A stretch of 61,909 bases of DNA, counting the filler, from Basidioascus undulatus (taxonomy: Eukaryota), in assembly GCA_000826855.1 (NCBI GenBank). It is 5 parts of 5 records of this genome, joined end to end, with 100 filler letters (N's around TTAATTAATTAA, not from the genome) between each part and the next. Parts side by side here need not be neighbours in the genome. Positions count along the whole stretch, not along the records: positions 45,484 to 53,647 come from JTLS01001431.1; positions 53,748 to 61,909 come from JTLS01001432.1; 3 more parts are not named here. One strand, given 5' to 3'. The notes beneath the pieces were generated by a model. That model was not told the origin of the DNA. It saw only the letters and a program-made list of their open reading frames with translations, and ran no database searches. Made by a program: the position numbers and the translations under genes. Shown one piece after another: positions 51,705 to 61,909 of the stretch. The stretch's first letter is position 1. Every line of letters begins with the position of its first letter.

Positions 51705-52468
51705 GATGAGGCTGTTCAGTATGGGGGTAATAGGCTGTGTCCAGAGGCGGTATGCGTTGGGAGCGTTCAAGAAGACGAAGGCGACTGAGCTGGCCTGCAA
51801 CGAGCAGTCGGAAGAAGGTGGGGCATCCGGGCCCCGCGGGCACTACGCATGGACTAGTTTCGGAGAACTTCCGGAGAGCAAGCGGAGCTCTCGCACATGG
51901 TCACGCGAGCGGTCGTCGGACACCAGCGGCGACAGTGAGCCCGACTCCGTCGAGTCTTCCGGTGCAGGCCCGCAGGAGCACTGTCGGCCCGGCGCTGTCA
52001 TCCTGCCGGCCAACCATGATCGAGCTGTGGACTCCGCCCGGTGCTCCGCAGTTACCCCAAAATGCCCCAAAAGTGCCTAAGGGACGTCATGTGAACTGCA
52101 AGGTTGCAGCCTATCGAAAGGGGAAGTGGAGGTCTTGGAAGGGCAAGGGAACTGCACCGGCTGCAGTGCTGCATGGCGGCGACTCTTCCTCCGCTGAAGT
52201 ACTGCCCAATATGGTATTCCGCTGCAAGCTGTAGGCCTCATGTATGACGCCTCAATTCCGGAGCTGTACCAAGGAAATGAAGCGTGCTCAAGCGTCGGGC
52301 GAAGCCGACCTGACGGGGCAAGCAGGACAAGGATTTGCGATCGTCTGCGCTGCCCCTCGACAATTTCGCCCAGCTTGCCTTCTTGCTACTCCATTGCTCT
52401 CATCTCACGCCGTGAGAGTCAGGGACAAAGCCACACCAAAGGACCACCTCAACGACATCGACACGACC
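51705..52468. promoter_or_regulatory. Bidirectional promoter between SDR and sugar porter
   Basis: Head-to-head ATGs about 0.76 kb apart. CGG-N7-CCG at 51861-51873 and other CGG triplets typical of Zn2Cys6 sites. Confidence 0.5.
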
Positions 52469-53647
52469 ATGTTCGCGAGGAACAAGTCCTCGCCAGACGC
52501 CTACTTCGGCGGCGCTCGCGGCACTCGCCTCGTCACAGCAATCACCATCGCCTCGTCCAGTGCTTTCTTACTTCTTGGTGAGCTAGATTATCTTAAAATA
52601 TGTGAGGAATTTCTTCTAATGCCGTGCTCCTTATTAGGATATGATCAAGGTGTCTTCTCGGGGATCATCACGGCTCCTTCCTTTCTTGAACAGTTCGGAT
52701 ATCCCGACAGCGGGTTGGTGAGTTTCAACGGTACGGATTCATTCCATCCCTAGGAAAGCTAAGGATTTCACTTCTTCAGCAAGGTCTGGTAGTCGCAATC
52801 TACGACTTGGGTGGGAACTCAATTCGGCATGAGCAAATCAGCCGCCTCCGCTGATAAAACATGCTTGCAGGTTGTCTTGCTGGCGCAATGTTCTGCGCCG
52901 TGTATGGAGAGGCACTGGGGCGCAGGCGGTCAGCCATGCTGGGTTTGAGCATTATGACGGTCGGCGCAGTCCTTCATACAACCGCCTAGTACGTCGCATA
53001 CGGATCGTGGCGTGTGCAGGTTTACTCACATCAGCGATTTTCAGCCACATGGCCCACATGATCATCGCGCGGATCGTTCTCGGAATCGGTAACGGTTTGA
53101 ACGCTGCCACCATACCGTGAGTGCCCCTCGGTTCTCCCCCCCCCCGGGGGCAATTTTCGTTGACACAATGAATGTCAGAATGTACAATGCCGAGATCGTC
53201 AGTACGTAGCCGCTTGTTATACTATATTCCTCCATAATGTGCCCATCAACCACTTTGAACAGAGCCGAACTGGCGAGGACGCGTCGTGTCCGTGCAAGGA
53301 TCATGCATCGGCTTCGGCATCTTCCTCTCCTACTGGTGAGTTATGCCAACGCCACGCTTCCTTTCCATTCCTGCCGCATGCTCCTTACTCTCATATATGT
53401 GCACAGGGTTGATTATGGGACCATGACGCACCTAACGGGCGAAGTACAATGGCGCTTGCCGCTGTCTCTTCAGATCGTACGCCCGCTTGCTTTTCTGCAG
53501 GCCTAGAAGCGATTTTGACGTTTTCTTCATAGGTGTTTGCTCTGGTGACCATCTCAATGGTGAGTGCGGATCCATAAATCATCAGTCTTGGACGAAGCTC
53601 AGAATACAGTACACACAGCTCGTCTTCCTCCCTGAAAGCCCTCGGTG
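52469..53647 (+). CDS. MFS sugar porter, STL1/polyol-H+ symporter-like (N-terminal half; cut by contig end)
   Basis: LLG|YDQGVFSG, VAIYDL|GC, LGRRR, ARIVLGIGNGLNAATIP|MYNAE, WRLPLSLQ, LPESPR. All introns canonical, frame intact. Confidence 0.92.
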
Positions 53648-53747
53648 NNNNNNNNNNNNNNNNNNNNNNNNNNNNNNNNNNNNNNNNNNNNTTAATTAAT
53701 TAANNNNNNNNNNNNNNNNNNNNNNNNNNNNNNNNNNNNNNNNNNNN
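53648..53747. other. Artificial contig spacer
   Basis: N44-TTAATTAATTAA-N44. Confidence 0.99.
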
Positions 53748-54048
53748 TCCTCCTGAGCTCTCCCGCCTCCCCCTCCCCCCGCACGAAGCGATCGACGACC
53801 TCGCTCAGCCCCACCGCGCAGCGCGCACGCACCCGGGAAAGCCCCACCCCTACGCCGCGGCTACGTCGGAGACGGACGAGGACACCGCATACCACCTCCT
53901 GTACGCACCCGAGCTTCTGGCGCGCCCGCCGGCGGTCTGGCTCGACAGGGATGAGCATGGGCTCGCGGAGCAGGAGGTCAGGGACCTCATGCGCTTCCAT
54001 GCGATTGCGGGGGTGCTCGATGAGAGGGATGCGGCACCGAGGGTGTGA
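53748..54048 (+). CDS. C-terminus of an OSCA/CSC1/Phm7-family channel-like protein (not in ORF track)
   Basis: Manual translation: LLYAPELLARPPAVWLDRDEHGLAEQEVRDLMRFH...stop 54046-54048, like the PHM7_ext YxxPxxxxxxPxVWxPxDxxGxxxxE pattern. Confidence 0.6.
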
Positions 54049-54939
54049 GGCGGGGTTTTCCTTTTTCCATCTGCTCTGTTTAACTATTCTTGCTAGTCGT
54101 TCGGTGGTAAATTTCGTAACTACTAATACCCTTCCCTTTGTTTCGGGCTTTCGGTGTATCTCACTCGCACTCGCACGTTGTATCGCATCGCTGTCGCACT
54201 GTAGTACTCGCACATTCATCCCGCTCTGCTGCACACCGTACCCATGAACTCTCACTTTCAAACACCGCGGATGTGTGTTGTGGATGGGAGAAGCCTCAAA
54301 CGAGAGAGGGAGATCCGATGGGTGGGACGGGGCGCGGGCAAGACGCATCGTGCGAGGTGCAAAGATGCCGGTTCTGTCTCGCCAAACTTCAGTTCATTTG
54401 CCTTTTCAAACAATTAAAATGCCTAGAAATCCAATCCCTCTTTATTTCACTTCTACTACTCCTAAGGGCCGAATCTCGTGGACCGGCGCCCCACTGGAGC
54501 AGGAGCTTGTCCTCTTCATCTCTGGTGTGGCTCTTGGTGGGCTCATCTGAATACCCAAAGCTCTTTGATGTAAAATACAGCCCGTTTGATTCACGCTGGG
54601 TTGCTTCTGCTGTGTCATGTGCAGTGTCAGATGCTATACTTTGTCTCAGCGAGGACGCCAGACATGCTAAATTCTCCTGTCTTGCAGAGCGACATTTCCC
54701 TTCCAGCGGAGAGCAGATGAGTGATGGTCTGTTAATAACTTCGAGCCCGTTATTACATTGTCATTGGAGCATGGCCCGATGACATGCATGTTCCAAACGT
54801 CTATCGCAAGTGAAACTCGAATCCTTGACAAAAGTGCGTTTTTCTCGGATCTCCTTCGGTGATAGGAGGACAGCAGAAACACGGGTTGAATCTTGAAAAA
54901 TTCCATAGTGCAGCGGTGAAAAAAAGGCGAAGATGACAA

Positions 54940-55857
54940 CCCCATCGTAGTCCGGCCGGGTGAGCCTTACCTCATGCAGCTCACGGCCTGACGGATCCTG
55001 CGCGCTGCGGCCCCTAGTTTCGATCTCCCGACGTACATGAGCGCGATGTCCAGGCTGCGAACAGACTTCTCCAAGCCCGAGTGGCACCTCGACGTCGACT
55101 ATGTTGCCCTGCAACCGCTGCAGGGACCAGTTTGTGCAGGCGCTCTCGATCGCGGAGAAGCGTCCGGAGAAGACTGGTACAGCGAGTCGAACGAGGACTG
55201 GTGGAGAATGCTGTTGAGCAGGCGGGACAGGACGCCGGACGAGATCGTCAGGCCGTGATGGGCAAGGGGAACTTGTGGGTGTTGAAGAGGCCTGACCGGT
55301 ACGTTCAACCCAGCATTCCGTCCCATCCGCGCTGTTTTCTTGCTAAGATTAAGCTTTCTGCACAATGCAGGTTCCCAATTTCCGACGCCTTTGCCGTGCC
55401 CTCTGCGCTGGCCGCCATCCCGCTCCACTCGTCCTCTCCCGCGCCCGCACACACCGGCGCACGCCCGCTGTCCTCCCTCCCCACCGACATCCTCTTCCTC
55501 ATCGCCTCGCACCTCCCCATCGCTTCCATCCTTGACCTCCTCGCCGTCTCTCGCTCCATCCGCGCCGCCCTCCTTCCTCCATCAACACCCTCGCCCGTAC
55601 GAGCATCGCAGCGCACGAACCGCACCTGCTCGCGCACGCGGTGCCTGGCAAGTACGGCCGCGCGGAGGTTGAGTGGTGGGACGCTGAAGGGAAAAGCGGT
55701 GGGCGGGACGGGGCGTGAATTCCCATGGGTCGAATACAGACTCGACTGCGCGAGGTCACCCTCGATGTGGAATAGGGTGAGGCTCTGGGGGATCGCGAAG
55801 CAGATCGAGCGCCTTGCCGAGGCGGTGGGTATTCTCTTAGATATTTCTGGGCTATAA
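54940..55857 (+). pseudogene. F-box protein pseudogene
   Basis: WVLKRPDR|FP, F-box LSSLPTDILFLIASHLPIASILDLLAVSRSIR, C-terminal SPSMWNRVRLWGIAKQI. Several frameshifts and a stop; 5' end not found. Confidence 0.65.
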
Positions 55858-56134
55858 AAGCACGTGAAATCACGAGAAAGGAGCGTGCAGTTGGGATGCG
55901 AACCACACAGGAAGGCGGCGGTTGTTTGGCCTGTTGTCCGGCATTGGATCTCAGGAAGTTTCGCGCCAGCAAGGTAATAGCTGAATGAAAATCTGGAGTC
56001 GCGAATGAATTCTTAGAAAATATCAAAGCCTAAGCCTTACTCTCTAGCGCAATCACGAAGATGCATCCAAAGCCAGTTCATCTTTCACGGGTACGAGCGT
56101 TCATATTTCACAAGCGACAATCTTCACCAGCACA

Positions 56135-57446
56135 TCATGTGCGCGCGAAGCCGTCGAACATAAAGATCTCACGCCTTACTACGCGTTTGAGAGCGGGTAT
56201 CGCCTGCATGATACTAGGAGCGATAGAGCGGCAGACGGCCTTGTAGACCTCGGCTAGCGGATGGACTTCGTCGTCGTTAAGGAAAACTTCCCATGTCAAA
56301 CTCTGAAGGGGTAAGATTTTCAAGGGCCAAAAGAACGTCTTCCTGTAAACGGAACACCATCACGATTAATTGATGAACGTCACGGCATGAGCGTTGACAC
56401 GGCTGTACTGGTGAACTCACGGGAAGCTCTTTGATGAGATGGGTGTCTTCGCTGTGTAAATGAAGGCGCTGTAGGCCAGCACAGCGGTCCCCCAAGCTAT
56501 GGAGAAGCGATGCGTCCACATGTCTAGTGCGAAGGTCAAGCTCCCGCAGAGGTGTGTGGCGGAGGTCATCGAAGATCTGACAGAACTGCTCCGGTGTAAT
56601 GCAGAACATGAAGTCCAGGATTGAGAGGAATTGGAGATGCGGGCAATGCTGAAATATGCCTTCCCCATCCAAGTTGTAGTCCTCAAACTTAAGCTTTGTG
56701 AGCGAGCCAAGCACGGGAACGGGGCCGGACTGGTGGCGCAGGAAGAGCGATCCCCTGTATGGGTAATTCAGCTCGAGACACGACAGATGTGGCATGTTGA
56801 GAAGCAGATCTGCCAGTCCAAACGTCTTCGAAGATTTAGAGATGTTGCCAATCGCATTCTCGAGCCTGAGATGCTTCAGCGACTCTTTTGATTTCGCTAG
56901 GAGCGCCAGGGTGTCGGCCGTGACAGAATCAATTGTCGATTGTCCCACTCTGCGGATCCCAGCAGAAAAACATTTACTCGAGTCCATCAATCCGCCGGAA
57001 CGAGGCGGGGAGACGGTCGATCGGATTGGCAACCTTCTGACCGAAATAGCGAATATCGAATTGTAGTGACTCGAGGTTTGGGAGCACAGCAAGAGTGGTG
57101 CCCAAAAACGTTCAGCTCTGACCAATCTGGGCTGAATCCTACGAATGCGGCCTTCCTGATCATTTCCGGACCAACAGCATCATAAGCTTCAGCAAAGAGT
57201 GTCGACAAGGCGACCTCACCGGATGTACTTGCGCAATCCAGAGTTCGCCTTGAGCACCGCCTTGTAACGCAGCTCAGACGAACCGACCGGAGAACTCGAG
57301 AAGTATAGTCCCACGCGAAAAGATCTCAGCGACAAGGCCAGCACGCAGACGCGAAGAGCAGCTGGAGAGCTTGCAGACGTCGCGCCGAGGCAAGCACGAG
57401 GCCACGTTGCGAATGAGCTCGAGAGGGAGGGTTTGTAAGAAGCCAT
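56135..57446 (-). pseudogene. F-box/LRR-like pseudogene
   Basis: F-box LQTLPLELIRNVASCLPRRDVCKLSSCSSRLR is out of frame with the ATG at 57446 and ends in a stop. LRR-like repeats follow (LKHLRL, LTKLKF, CPHLQFLSI, LRELDL, LQRLHL). Confidence 0.6.
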
Positions 57447-59399
57447 CTTCGACGGTTTGATGTGAGTGGGTTGGGAGTGGTCGCTGTGAAGGCCGAAGAG
57501 TAGGTCGCCGTCGGTGGTCAAGCACCAGAGCATGCGAAAGTCCCTAGAGAGCTGACGCGCCCTCTACGCGTTCTTCTGGACTTTGGTTCATTCATGCCTA
57601 TTGCCGATACCCGCCTAACACGCCTCAGTGTCTCTTTCGAGCGCAATAACCATGCTCAACGTACCGGGGACTGTAAAGCAGAACCGAATATCTGTCCTCA
57701 AAGGCCGACCAAGTACAGTGGCATAATGGCCTGTTGGAAGGTGTTCCAGCGAACGCTCGGTTCCAGAAAGGAGAGGTTACCGGAGTGGGGAAATGTATAC
57801 ATGAATTCGGGAAGTGGGGAAATCAGTCCCGGTGATTGTCCGTCCTCCACACTTTCGAAAGTGAAGAAGCGACAGACTCGAAGCTGAGCGAGGCGGTATA
57901 TCCCAACAGGCTGCGAACGAGATGTAGACGCCTGGTATGGGCCTAATTTGAGGTCCCAGCCGTTTGAGGGCTCAACGTGCCGAAAGACAATCATTAGAAT
58001 GGAAACAACGCTATGGTACACGAAGCACTTCAGGCTGACGGCCTTTCCCCAACGAGCAAGGCAATATCGAATAACCCGAACAAAAATCAACAGATAATAT
58101 TTTTCATACACGCCGCCATGGGTTTTATGATATTTAGTGCAGGCACAGGGTGAACGAGAACAGATACCAGCGGTTGAAGCTCTGAAGCGCAAGCTTGAAA
58201 GGAACAATGAGAAGGGCCTGCGAGCTGTTCAACTGCCCACCCACCGAAAACTCTGATAGGTTTCTTAAAACCAACGGCAATGTTCGAGTTACTGTTCGAA
58301 ACTAGCCTGACCCGCAGTGTAACAGTCTCTCAGTGAAGAAAAGCTCGTAAGCGGAACACAGCATGCTTGTGCTCTCATTAATCCGGCGTCGATCGGTCTC
58401 TCTTCTCCCGAGCACCAGATCCACGCTTTAGAGTTGCAATAGTGTTCAATGTGTCTAGTCTTGAAGAAGCAAGACCTCTCGTCAGGTGAAAGGACAGACA
58501 GCGTCGTTGATTAGTACAGGATCGCGGTACGAAGCTTTAGGCTCGGGCTGCGGTCCAAGAATGTATGGACAATGGGCGTCATGCAGATAACATCTTCCTT
58601 TAACATCCAAGCTAGACCGTTTCAATGTGCTTCACATGCAGCCAAACAGTCCTCGACACAGAGCGTTTGGCCCTGTGCGCACAAGACCCCTAAGCACAAC
58701 CCTTCATCGAGCCTTATAGAACTTCAGTCACAGCCTCGAAGTTCACATCGTGCAGTGTCCGGTGGCCGTCAGGCAGCGCGCGGCGGTTGTCGCTCCTGTG
58801 GATAACATCAGTCAGCCACCAGCGCAACCCCTCAAGCTGGCCAGGACTTTTCGGCCGACCTACAACCCATCCCCAATTATTGTCCTTGGCTTTCCTGCAG
58901 GTATCGCGCCATATGCTCTTTGACGCTCTCTCTTCCTCTTGCCAAGGTTGTGCGCGTGGGAACCACGGGAGATAGGGATAAGATTACGATAAGAGGTCAA
59001 TAAGATAAGGTGATTTATGGAAATTCCGAGTGCACGACGTTTGACGAGGTGCCTGAATCGGTGCAGCCGCCCGGAGCCTTGGGGATCAGACGCGCTCCGC
59101 ATGTCCTTGCGCCCATGCTGTCAACTCTTTGAGGAATGGCCATGATTCGTGTTGATTCATACACATTCCGCTCGGCAGTGAGCGGTCATGCCACTCAGGC
59201 AACCCGACACCCATTGTCCAGACTTGCTAACTTTCTAGAAAGGCTCACTTCCAGGCCGACGAAGCAGTGTAGCACTGCCATGCTTGCTTCGGCGCCGCAA
59301 CTTTCCATCTCTTCCTCGTCAGCGATATGTTCCCGGAAGTACAGACAGCCCACACTCTCCACACCTCTGCATCCGTCTATCCATCCGCACACCCCCTTA

Positions 59400-60808
59400 T
59401 CAAGCATGCACCTCCACGTCCCTCCTCACCCTCACATCAAGCCTCATATCCCTGCCCTCGCCGACCTCCTCCCACTGGCGCCGCACCGCGTCCTTCCAAC
59501 CCTCGACCGTCCTTTCCGCATCGTCGAGCGTCGTCCGGCCCGGCAAGAACGCCTCGACCTCCACGACGGTCTGCAGCCCGACGCGCCGCGTACGGACACT
59601 CTCGCGCTGCAGGCCGGGGATGGTGCTCGTCAGGATGGGGAGCAGCTGAGGGGGAGGCGGGGAGGCCGCGTCGAGCAGGGAGAGCGTGGAGGAGCGCAGG
59701 GTTCCTAGGCCGGCGCGCATGACGAGGAGGGAGACGAGGATGCTGTGGGGTGGGGAGCGGAGCGGTGAGTGGGCGGGGAGGGCAAGGGAGGATGGGGAGG
59801 TGGGAAGGGGGAGAAGGACGTACCCGCCTAGAGGGTCGAGAGCGGGGAACCCGGCCATGGACCCGCCGACGCCGATGACGGCGACCACTAGGCGTTGGGG
59901 ATGTCGTTGTGAGCATAAGTGGCACATGAACCTATGGATAACACGCACAGGTCGACAGCGAGTCCGAGCGGTGATGCCATGCCTGCCCGGCTCCTCTCCG
60001 AGTTCGTCAGCGTGTCCAGCCCACCCACTCCCTCCCGCGCACTCACCTGCGCAACCAGCACGTCGCTCCCCTGTTTCTTCGCGACCCCCAACGTCGCCCT
60101 AAACAGCGCTTCCTTCGCGACGATCGTGCCCAACGCGATCCAGAACGCCGTTGGGTGGATATCTCCCGCCTCCATAACCGCCCCATGCACCTCTCCCCCA
60201 TGGGCGTGCGCGACCGCCCCGCTGAGGGCAAGCAGCTTCTTGCAGGACTCCCACCCCACGCCCGTGCCCCCCGCGAGCAGCAGGGACGACACGACGAGTG
60301 TCCCGAGAGGCTCGGCTTTGGCGAGCCCGTTCGGGAAGCGTGGGGAGGGGGGGAGCGAGGACAGCCGGAGGGTGAAGAGCGTTACGACGTCGGAGATCAT
60401 GTCGGAGAGGGAGTGCAGTGCGTCTGCCAGGAGCGCGGAGGAACCGTAGTGCCTGCCGGAGCAGGGGGAACTCAGCCTTCCGAGCGAGTCCCAGAGGAAA
60501 GAGAATGAGAACGAGCGGACGCACACCCCTGCCCACGCCTTCCCCGCAGTGAGCACCACATTGCTTGCCATCCCAATCAGCGTGATGCGCGACCCCGGAT
60601 CAGATAGCGTTTTAATTTCCGCCTGGTGGTGATGGTGGTCGTGCCCGTGGGAGCCGTGCAGGCGGAGCTGGCCCGCCCGAGGGAGCGGGAGGTGGTTGGG
60701 TCTCGTACGGAAGTGGGGTCGGGTGGAGGCGCGGAAGGGGGTGAAGAGCGCGCAGGGCGGGCTGAGGCAGCAGGGGGAGCGTGAGAGGGTGGACGGCAAT
60801 AAGCGCAT
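59400..60808 (-). CDS. MMT2: Mitochondrial CDF-family iron transporter, Mmt1/Mmt2-like
   Basis: Leader + HGSHGHDHHHH, DPGSRITLIG, ALLADALHSLSD, KAEPLG, KEALFRAT, AQ|AWHHRSD, LDPLGG. Confidence 0.9.
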
Positions 60809-61012
60809 TGTTGGGAGGAAGGAGCTGGCAGGGGGGAGTAGGAAGGGGAGGGAAGGCAAGCGGGAAGGCGGGCGGGAAGACGCGATTGCGACGCGTGCGC
60901 TGCGTGCGTCATCGCGTGCTCCGCTTGATTTTACGGACTTCAGAGGCTTCCGATGTTTTGAGGCTTCAATTATTCCTTTGTGCACAGCCAGATTTATAAA
61001 TACAAAAGAACG

Positions 61013-61909
61013 CTACGGCGGGCGTGTGTACCAGTTGAGCAGAACCAACCCGACTCCCGCGGCCACCTTCTTCACCAAGGTTCCGAGCTCCCGATGAGCA
61101 TGGTTGTCGTCAAAAGCGCCCCACACGATACAGTCCTCGTTAGGCCAGCAGGCAGGCATTCAGGAGCGTATAGAAATCCCCACCACGCAGGACTCATATT
61201 CAAGACTCGAAGTACCCCTTACTAGCCGGCGCGTCGTGCGCGACCTTGTCCTGCACAGCCAACTGCTGGTCCACGCCCTTCATGAGGTCCTGCGCGTATC
61301 GGCGGCCATGCTGTCCGCCAATTCCGTATCAATCAGTTTCTGCTTATGTACTCTGAGAATCGAGATGAGGGGAGGAGCGAGGGAGGGAGGGAAAGAAGGA
61401 GGGGGACGTGGCGGAGGGTTAAAAGAGGGGAAAGGGGGAGGGGCAGGATGAGGGAAGGGGAAGAGACGCACCGCGATGAGCGAAGGGAGCCGCGAGAACT
61501 CGACCTCCCCCTCGCCCCACGTGTGCGTGCCCCGCAAAGTGCCTGACGGGCTGAAGAGGAGGGAGAGCGCGCTGGATGTGGAGGGTGAGGCGAGGGACTC
61601 GAGCGGCGTCGCGTCGAGGTAGTGCGTGGGGCCGACCTGTGAGTTGGAATTTTGAGTCAGCACTCGTACGACGGGAAGAGAAAAGGAAGCAATCGGCGGA
61701 GAGAAGAGGAAGGAGGAACGGGGAACGGGGGAAGAGAAAAGAGAGGAGAACACAGCACAAGAAGAAACAGTCCACTCACCACATTTAGCGTCACGCAAAC
61801 GGGCAGCTCCTCCCGTCCCTCCAGCTCCTTCCCCTCATCCCAATAATCCTCGAGCTCAAAGTCCACCGCGCCCGGCGCACCCTGTGTGCCCCGCAAAGTG
61901 CCTGACGGG
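61013..61909 (-). CDS. 3' part of an unidentified spliced gene with an internal repeat
   Basis: GT-AG bounded exons: PSGTLRGTQG...VTLNV|VGPTHYLD...FSPSGTLRGTHTW...LIA|HGRRYAQDLM. Last exon uncertain. Confidence 0.4.
61527..61909. repeat. 24-bp exact direct repeat (61527-61550 and 61886-61909)
   Basis: GTGCCCCGCAAAGTGCCTGACGGG occurs twice, 359 bp apart; the second copy ends the window. Confidence 0.9.

Noticed and set aside
1..61909. tRNA, rRNA, TPP riboswitch or CRISPR array
   Set aside because: No T-loop cloverleaf, riboswitch core or repeat-spacer pattern found by eye; a covariance-model scan would be needed to exclude small ncRNAs.

Overview
Eukaryotic DNA from a GC-rich, very intron-dense basidiomycete fungus (probably Pucciniomycotina; inferred from gene content and GTGCGT/GTGAGT donors). 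The window is five unrelated contigs joined by artificial 100-nt N/TTAATTAATTAA spacers (8176-8275, 37109-37208, 45384-45483, 53648-53747), so neighbourhoods across spacers mean nothing. Most entries in the ORF track are shadows of spliced genes. Recognisable genes: R3H-domain protein, SHO1 (partial), OAC1, branched-chain keto-acid dehydrogenase E1-alpha, RRP1, UGA1, CCR4, a DUF6534-type membrane protein, an Inp54-like 5-phosphatase (3' end), ARH1, a PRPP-synthetase paralog, a RAD51D-like gene, a polyol SDR divergent from an STL1-like sugar porter, an OSCA/CSC1-type C-terminus and an Mmt1/2-type transporter. Decayed genes are unusually frequent: a Mortierella-type delta-5 desaturase split by a ~1.4 kb insert (with a 91-bp inverted copy 25 kb away), a sugar porter, an HPP protein and about four F-box remnants. 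Splicing oddities include two 4-nt and one 6-nt microexon and an apparent GG-AG intron next to the catalytic lysine codon of UGA1. I found no tRNA, rRNA, CRISPR array or intact transposon, and I cannot support a claim of a wholly new multi-gene system.
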